NCBI RefSeq assembly: GCF_009914755.1
Contig: NC_060925.1
Direction: 5' to 3' (one strand)
DNA length: 64,000 bases
Source of the DNA: the human T2T-CHM13v2.0 reference genome, Homo sapiens
Shown here: in pieces, positions 57,401 through 64,000 of the stretch
Position numbering within the stretch: the stretch's first letter is position 1
Layout: every line of letters begins with the position of its first letter
Translations under genes and position numbers: made by a program
Notes under the pieces: generated by a model
Told to the model about the DNA's origin: nothing
What the model saw: only the letters and a program-made list of their open reading frames with translations
Database searches by the model: none

Positions 57401-60400
57401 ACCAGCCTTATAGCAGCACCTTGTCCTCATTGGAGGATCAGCTTGCCTGCTCTGCTCTGGATGTAGCCTGTGAGTACTTCACCCTGGAGATCACAAAGCT
57501 CCACTGTCCTCCCAGGCAGCCTCTGTATGTTTTGTTTCCTGCAACTTGTGCAGCTGAGACAGACCATCTCTGCAGCAGGCTCTATACACTGAGCTTGTTT
57601 TGAATCTGGCTCTTGGATCCAGTTTTAAGCACAGACATCCACTGGGTAGAACTTCCTCTTCTCCTGTTCCAAGTGCCTCCTCTGTCACCTGGCTCCTTCT
57701 CACAGGAGCAGGCTTTGGCTATCAAAACAGGCCAGAGAAGGGAGTGGTGAGGGCTTATGGCAAATTCCTGGCCACAGTAGCTCAGCTGGAGAAATTTATG
57801 TAACAGCCCTCCTTCTTTAAGATAGGGCATCTCTCTTTTCTGAAATTATCTTGCTAATTCCATGTCTTTATCTCTTCTCTGGCCATCCACATATGTTGGG
57901 AGTTTTGCCCAATTATTTGGAGGCCTGTTTCATGATTCCTGTGTCCCAAGCTAGATTCTCTTCTCCAGGGATCCCCAGCCCTGGGGCCATGGGCCATTAT
58001 GGGTCCATGACCTGTTAGGAACTGGGCCGCAGAGCAGGAGGTGAGCGGTGGGAGAGCATTTCAGCCTGGATCCCACCTCCTGTCAGATCAGCAGTGGCAT
58101 TAGATTCTCACAGGAGCTCGAACTCTATTGTGAATTGTGCATGCCAGCAATCTAGATTGTGTTTTCCTTACGAGAATCTAATGCCTGATGATCTGTCACT
58201 GTCTCCCAGTAACTGTCACCCCCAGGTGAGACCATCTAGTTGCAAGAAAACAATCTTAGGGCTCCCACTGATTCTGCATTATGGTGAGTTGTATAATTAT
58301 TTCATTATATATTCCAATATAATGTTTATAGAAATGAAGTGCACAGTAAATGGAATGTGCTTGAATCATCCCAAAACCATCCCCCCCAACCTGGTGCCTG
58401 AAAAATGGTCTTCCATGAAACCAGTCCCGGGTGCCAAAAAGATTTGGGACTGCGGCTCTACTTCCTCTGAGGTGTCTTCCCTCCACTGACGCAGTCCAGC
58501 GACCCTTCCTTTATGTGTGGCCGGGCTTGCATCCTCTGCAGAGCTCCAGTGGTTTTCTCCATGTGTGGGTTTGTAGTGTCAATCAAGTTTTGGTCTCAGT
58601 GCTCTATTCTCATGAAAACCATCGACAACTAGTGTCCCTCATGAGGCTCTGGCCTAACTGATGAGCAAAGCAGAGTGGTTCCTGTCCCCATGAGGTCCAG
58701 AAAACCCTTCCTCTGAGCAATCGCCCCTTGAGATAGCAGCTTCACAGGATGTGTAAAAAGAAAATCCAATTTTCATTTCTTCTTGCTCGTTCTCTTTTTT
58801 TTTTACTTCAATTCTGGGAATTTCATGTGGATTGTTGGGGGTTTTACCCATTACATTATCTTCTAGTAAGAGCAAGGAACTCTGTGATGTCCCCCAGTAT
58901 ATTGGATTATGTTGTAACGAGATTAGCAAAAATGCCAGGTGTGTTGATTCATGCCTGTAATTCCAGCACTTTGGGAGGCTAAGGAGGTGGATCGCATGAG
59001 CTCAGGAGTTTGAGACCAGTGTGGGTAACATGGTGAAACCGTATCTGTAAAAAAAAATTAGCAGAGTATGGGGGTACACACCTGTAGTCCCAGCTTTTTG
59101 GGAGGCTGAGGTGGAAGGATCACCTGAGCCTGGTTAGTTGAGGCTGCAGTGAGCCACGATTGCACCACTGCACTCCAGCCTGAGCAACAAAGTGAGACCC
59201 TGTGTCACACACACACAAAGAAAGAAACTAGCAACAAAAATGTTGGCCTCTATTCTATTTTGGTAAGTGCCTTTCATACTGGGACCAGCCCCTTTCCCAT
59301 TTTGCATTTCTCCCTGAGTTTCAAAAAAGCAAATGCTTTTCTAGCATCACAGTGATTCATGAAACAATTAGAATACACACTGACCTTGCAAGTGCCTTTC
59401 ATACTGGGACCAGCCCCTTTCCCATTTTGCATTTCTCCCTGAGTTTCAAAAAAGCAAATGCTTTTCTAGCATCACAGTGATTCATGAAACAATTAGAATA
59501 CACACTGACCTTGCACCTGCTGTATGCCCTGCCCCTTTGCAAGCAAGCTCTGTCCTGCTATAAACCATTCAGGGATCAAGGGACACGCCCAAGTGGGCAG
59601 TGGCATCTCCATGTTGGAGCTGAGAACAATGAGGCATTTTTAAGAAAACTTAGAAAACCTTGGAGAGAATGAAGATGTGGAGAGGGGAGGAGAGAGAGGA
59701 GCCCCACAGCAACGTGGATCCAGTCTGCAGGCCCCGTCCCCATCTTGAGACCGACCTGGACTGGCGTGAGGTCATTGGAAGTCTTTTCTTAGTCCACTCA
59801 GAACGTGTATTCCTCTCCCTGTGGAAATGGAAACAATTTGTTTAAGGGGTGCCACCCGAACCCCACTGGAGGAGTGGGTAATGTGAGGATCGTGTCCTGT
59901 GTTGCCTTCCTAAGGAACCGCACATGCTGATCTGTAGCACTTGTGGCCCCTGAATTTGCAGGAAGAGACTGGTCCCTCTCCTACATTGCCTATGTCTGCT
60001 GACACCCACTATATGGCAAGAGGATGGATATGTGTGGGTAGGGGGTCAAACCATTATAGTCAATGGGAAATTCAAAATGTCCCCGAACCCAGAAAAGTTT
60101 GTCTCACTTAGCGTTTGGTCTGTAGCATCCCAGCCCCCTTTTTCGTGGTTCTTTCTCAAAGCCTCGCAGCTCTAACCCTTGACCCGTTCTTACACCCCTG
60201 TGTGTGGAGAAAAATAACCATTCCTCTCCTGTGCTCTGAGGCCTCTCTAGAACTTTCCCTCTGGGCACAGGAAAGAGATGAATAGTAACAGAATAATCGG
60301 GATGGTCTTGTTAGACAATCCAAAGCCCTCTGGGCTGAAGCAGAGGTTTTTCACCTCAGGGACACCCCAGCCTGGGCCCCTACCGTGTCAGCGTCCCCAG

Positions 60401-63045
60401 GCACAGGCAGGAGAGGTGACGTCACCTGCATTTACATGATGTCTGTCTGTGTGGCGTGGGTCACTGGGTGGCTTTACTGAGAGCAGGGACATCAGGGATG
60501 GGTGTTCTGGGATGACTTAACAAAGGGAAAACTGAGATTGTTCCTACTGAAGCCCCTTCTCCTTTCAGCCCCCACCGAGGCGGCCTGTCCCCAAGGGACT
60601 TGGAGTGGAGACTTGAGCCACCACCAGTCAGAGGTGCAAGTTTCACAGGCACAGCTGGAACCAAGCACCCTGGTGCCCAGTTGTCTGCGACTACAGCTGG
60701 ATCAAGGGTTCCACTGTGGGAACGGCTTGGCCCAGCGGGGCCTTTCCTCCACCACCTGCAGCTTCTCAGCCAATGCTGATTCTGGGAACCAATGGCCCTT
60801 CCAAGGTAGGGAAGGAAACGGCGTCATGAAGCTCTAATCCAGGTGTTGGTGGTCACGACGGTGCTGTGGGTGGAGGAGAGAATGGGGCCTCCCATGCTTC
60901 CTCAGGGTCAAGTTGAAATCCATGATGCTCCAACCCAGTGAGGTGAGCAAAGGCCTGGAGCTTAGGACTGAATCTGCTCTCAGGACCTGGGTTTGCCACT
61001 TTCTGCTTGTTGACTTTGGCCAAGGTTTTTGTCTTTTTGCTCTTTATATCTCTGTTCCCTCATCTAAGATACCTGAAGAATAATATCTACCTGCAATCAT
61101 AATTTCCAAAGGGCCTGATTCCATAAGAATTGCCCAATAAACCTATGAGTAGGTGTTATCTAATCCTTTTATCTTTCTGCTAAATTTACACTTAGCAAGT
61201 GACTTCACGGATGATGTCTCCTCTGAGGTAGAGCAGTTATGAAGATCTCTGCTTTCTAGGACCCCTCTTCCTTTCCTTTCTCACACAGACTCCTCTGCCA
61301 GTTTTCTTCCTCTCCTTCTCCATCCCTCATGAAGCCAATTTTCCCCTGTCAGGCACTTTCAATAACAACCTATGAGGCACATTGAGTAACAGTGTAAATC
61401 CTGGGCCCACACTCAGTCTCCTGACGTGTCCAGCTGCTTCTGCTGTTTTTTCTGCTTTTTTTGAAATAAAAGGGCAACTTTCACATGGAAAGTGTTCACA
61501 TCAGTCTCTTTTATGAAATTCCATTTAGTTCACATTCTCCACTCATGTCCGTGGCCATGTCCTCGGTTTCTGTCTCACAGGGATCCATTTCTGCTCAGAT
61601 TACCTTAAAATCCTGGGTCGTGTTCATTCTCACTCTCCATCCCACTCAATATCTCCTCCTGGAGCCCCTGGGGCTGCCTGGTGCTCATCTGTCAGGCGAT
61701 GCCCTCAGCTGAGGAATGAGGGAACCCCTGTCCTCAGGGGGAGGGAGGGTTGCGTGAGATAATGAGCACCATCTGGGCCAGTGGAGAGGACACATGGAAG
61801 GTGCTCCGGGAGTGTCGGGGGATGTGCAGTCCCTGACACATGCCATGATAACTTATTTAGACTGATTTCTTAGCACTGAACTCTCTTTTGCTTCTCTGTG
61901 GATTCTCACACCCCCAGCCAAGACTCACCCCACTGGCTCAGACACACTCCCTCTTGCTCACTTTCCCTGGAGTCCAGAGCCTGAACCAGGCTCCAGGTAA
62001 GAGGACAGACTGAACGCCTTTCGTTTCATTAACACTTTCCTTCACCTGGTGATTTCTCCCTGCTGTCTACCAGGTCATTTGTTTCTCCCATACCTATTCT
62101 TTCTCATTCTTCTCATGTCTCCAATTATTTTTCCAATTTCGATGGACCAGAATAGTGACTCTACTCTTACATTCAATCCCTCCCAAATCCCTATATTTTT
62201 TTTCTTTAAATTAATGTGTACAGATACATGCATTTGTATCATTTGTCCTATTACGTGTGACTATGTATATCTGGTGTGTATGCTATATAGGGTGTATATA
62301 TATATGCAGTAGATCATATAATGATGCAACTTTTGTAAATTCTCTAGGTTTAGTCTTCCTGGTTCTTTCCTCTCATCAGTTGCTGTCACCTATGTCTGGT
62401 CTCACCTCTGTGCCACATGGGCTGCCACCCTGCCAGCCCCTTCCATTCCCATCTCCTGTTTGAACCCAGTTCTTATTTAACTTTGATTTTTGTAATCTCT
62501 TCTCTCCCCAAAGCATAGCCTACATACAGTGTTATTTCCTTGCCTTTGCCTTATCTACCTGGAAGCTATTTGTGTTTCTGAATCCTATGTTTCTGGAATA
62601 TTTTTGTGACTTGGCAGTGCCTTTGGATCCTGGCAATCTTGTCGTTACTGAGTAATGTAGGAAAGATCAACAAAAAAGAAAGTATTAAAGTGACTCTATC
62701 GGCTTCCCCTCGCCCTTTGGACTTTCTTGTCCAAGGCTCTTTCCTGATTTGATGTCCTCTGGGTGGAAGAGAAAGTTACGGTAAGATCATGGATGGCAGC
62801 GGATCCCATTGGCTGTGGTTTTCTTTTCAGAGCTGGTTTTAGAGCCCTCTCTGGGGATGAAGAACCCTCCCCAGCTGGAAGATGATGCACTTGAAGGCTC
62901 AGCAAGCAACACACAAGGGCGTCAAGTCACTGGCCGGATTCGTGCCTCCCTTGTCCTGATACTGAAGACCATCAGAAGAAGACTCCCGTTCAGCAAGTGG
63001 AGACTGGCATTCAGATTCGCTGGCCCGCATGCTGAGAGTGCAGAG
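45986..63045 (+). CDS. NBPF6: Neuroblastoma breakpoint family protein, NBPF4/NBPF6 type (spliced; 3' end outside the window)
   Basis: 13 GT-AG exons join in frame with no stop (1875 nt, 625 aa): [28 protein letters not shown]...GPHAESAE. Coiled coil plus Olduvai/DUF1220 doublets. NBPF6 is inferred from + orientation; NBPF4 is near-identical and cannot be excluded. Confidence 0.88.
47574..47673 (+). CDS. NBPF6: NBPF coding exon 2 ([34 protein letters not shown])
   Basis: ttttctcag acceptor, GTGAGC donor; 100 nt; phase 1 to 2. Confidence 0.92.
48333..48406. repeat. Interrupted (TG)n + (TA)n microsatellite
   Basis: Directly visible. Confidence 0.95.
48565..48779 (+). CDS. NBPF6: NBPF coding exon 3 ([20 protein letters not shown]...LVHKLSP), coiled coil
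   Basis: ccttag acceptor, GTAAGG donor; 215 nt. Confidence 0.92.
49823..49901 (+). CDS. NBPF6: NBPF coding exon 4, acidic small exon ([27 protein letters not shown])
   Basis: tttgcag acceptor, GTAACA donor; 79 nt. Confidence 0.9.
50770..50981 (+). CDS. NBPF6: NBPF coding exon 5, Olduvai/DUF1220 large exon ([26 protein letters not shown]...)
   Basis: gctcatcag acceptor, GTAGCC donor; 212 nt; [10 protein letters not shown] motif. Confidence 0.9.
51090..51372 (+). mobile_element. AluJ with (GA)n/(GAAA)n tail extending to ~51498
   Basis: Alu body plus polypurine tail. Confidence 0.9.
52387..52438 (+). CDS. NBPF6: NBPF coding exon 6, Olduvai small exon ([18 protein letters not shown])
   Basis: tttacag acceptor, GTAACT donor; 52 nt. 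Confidence 0.9.
53316..53455 (+). CDS. NBPF6: NBPF coding exon 7, degenerate Olduvai large exon ([13 protein letters not shown]...SLGFL); alternative in-frame start at 53244
   Basis: 'ttttgtctcattctag' acceptor, GTAGGC donor; 140 nt (212 nt from 53244). The downstream acceptor was chosen from my recollection of the NBPF4/6 protein (PPRHHDK). Confidence 0.8.
54438..54489 (+). CDS. NBPF6: NBPF coding exon 8, Olduvai small exon ([18 protein letters not shown])
   Basis: tttacag acceptor, GTAATT donor; 52 nt. Confidence 0.9.
55314..55483 (+). CDS. NBPF6: NBPF coding exon 9, Olduvai large exon ([26 protein letters not shown]...SLALVD)
   Basis: cctacag acceptor, GTGAGT donor; 170 nt. Confidence 0.9.
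56514..56565 (+). CDS. NBPF6: NBPF coding exon 10, Olduvai small exon ([18 protein letters not shown])
   Basis: tttacag acceptor, GTAACT donor; 52 nt. Confidence 0.9.
57297..57469 (+). CDS. NBPF6: NBPF coding exon 11, Olduvai large exon ([26 protein letters not shown]...SALDVA)
   Basis: ccccag acceptor, GTGAGT donor; 173 nt. Confidence 0.9.
57966..58455 (+). mobile_element. MER1A-like hAT-Charlie DNA transposon
   Basis: Ends 'cagggatccccagcc' and 'gtgccaaaaagatttgggactgcgg'; interior 'cctgttaggaactgggccgca', 'gcattagattctca', 'atggtgagttgtataattatttcattat'. Confidence 0.85.
58933..59205 (+). mobile_element. AluJ
   Basis: Alu body 'gaggctgcagtgagccacgattgcaccactgcactccagcctg' with a (CA)n tail. 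Confidence 0.9.
59266..59515. repeat. Perfect 125-bp tandem duplication
   Basis: 59266-59390 and 59391-59515 are identical by inspection. Confidence 0.95.
60569..60805 (+). CDS. NBPF6: NBPF coding exon 12, non-Olduvai ([25 protein letters not shown]...NQWPFQ)
   Basis: cctttcag acceptor, GTAGGG donor; 237 nt; phase 1 to 1. Confidence 0.87.
62831..63045 (+). CDS. NBPF6: NBPF coding exon 13, non-Olduvai ([14 protein letters not shown]...GPHAESAE)
   Basis: ttcttttcag acceptor, GTAATC donor; 215 nt; phase 1 to 0. Confidence 0.87.
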
Positions 63046-64000
63046 GTAATCACATCTATGGCTGATAGCTGCACTCACTTCTTATTTCTCTGTCTATGGT
63101 GACAGCTCATTCTCTCACTGCTTTTTCTCTCCCATTTGTTCTCTCCAACAGCTGCTCTAACCTCTGTCTGGTCTTAGCTCTGTGTCCCATGGGCTCCCAC
63201 CCTGACTGGCCCCTTCTCTACCCATCTTCTCTTTACTCTCTGAACTCTGCTCTATTCCTTTTTCTACTGTCTTGAGAGTCCCTCTCATGGCCACAGGAGA
63301 GCCAGGCCTCCTTGTCCCCATCCAAGTACATAGTTTAAGCTGCTGAACACAGGGTTGTTTGCCCGGAATCACACACTCCTTTGGGAAATTTACCTTTCCT
63401 TGCTGCATCCCCAACTCCATTGCCTCTTTGTGTAGAAATCATTGCTTTAATACGTCATTTACACGAAGATTTTCCTCTTGAGTCCTCTTTTGAGCAACAC
63501 AACTAATTCAACTCTTAATCATCACTTGTTCCTCTGAATGAGAAGTGTTAAAACTAAGCACTAAGAGCCCCCCTAGGAAACTAAACTAGAACCAGGGTCA
63601 CAGGTGGGAGTTCCCTGCTGGCCTGGAGTCAGGTTTGTCTTTAGCCCCAGATGTGCAGCTTAGTGCCAACGTGGATGGAGTTGCCAGGGTCTCAGTGTTC
63701 TCATCTCATGGACTCACTTGAGCTGATGTTAACTGGGGAACATTTATGACATTCTAAAGGGACATCACTCCAAAAGTACATGCAGAGGGCAGGACTTGAA
63801 AACTGCATACATCATGAGGTACGTCATTCTAACCTCTCTCCTTTTTATTCTCATTTCCACTTTTCAAGTCCAGTTAAGGGTCTGAAATGCAAGTCAGATG
63901 AATCTTGAGGCCATTGTATATGAGAGAGCATTTTATGAATTAACTTTGAGAAAAGTGACTCCAGGACCAGCTTTATGCATACACTAGATGACAGGAATCT

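Noticed and set aside
56983-57603. 206-aa ORF as a separate gene (likewise 50591-51010, 53185-53556, 55336-55656)
   Set aside because: These are NBPF exons with in-frame intronic read-through; splice sites define the real exons.

Overview
Human (primate) genomic DNA, not prokaryotic. The sequence matches the 1p13.3 NBPF4/NBPF6 - SLC25A24P segmental duplication. On the - strand is the 5' part of an SLC25A24-like (SCaMC-1-like) unprocessed pseudogene: a CpG-island exon 1 at 16445-16627 and an exon-4 equivalent at 5416-5527, with no exon 2/3 equivalents found between them. About 29 kb away, head-to-head on the + strand, is an NBPF4/NBPF6-type gene. I reconstructed 13 coding exons by hand (45986-63045, 1875 nt, 625 codons, all GT-AG and phase-compatible); the last exon lies beyond the window. 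The gene has a coiled-coil N-terminus, four Olduvai/DUF1220 exon doublets and a non-Olduvai tail. The rest is mostly L1, Alu, MIR/L2 and MER repeats. I see no evidence of a wholly new biological system. The best leads are: an L1 antisense-promoter/ORF0 remnant ending in a consensus splice donor that faces the NBPF gene; a 222-bp inverted repeat upstream of NBPF; an in-frame alternative acceptor that restores a 212-nt Olduvai exon; a possible EF-hand micropeptide from the pseudogene; a locally templated insertion; and several rearrangement junctions. NBPF4 vs NBPF6 and P1 vs P2 cannot be settled without alignment; repeat subfamily calls are by eye.
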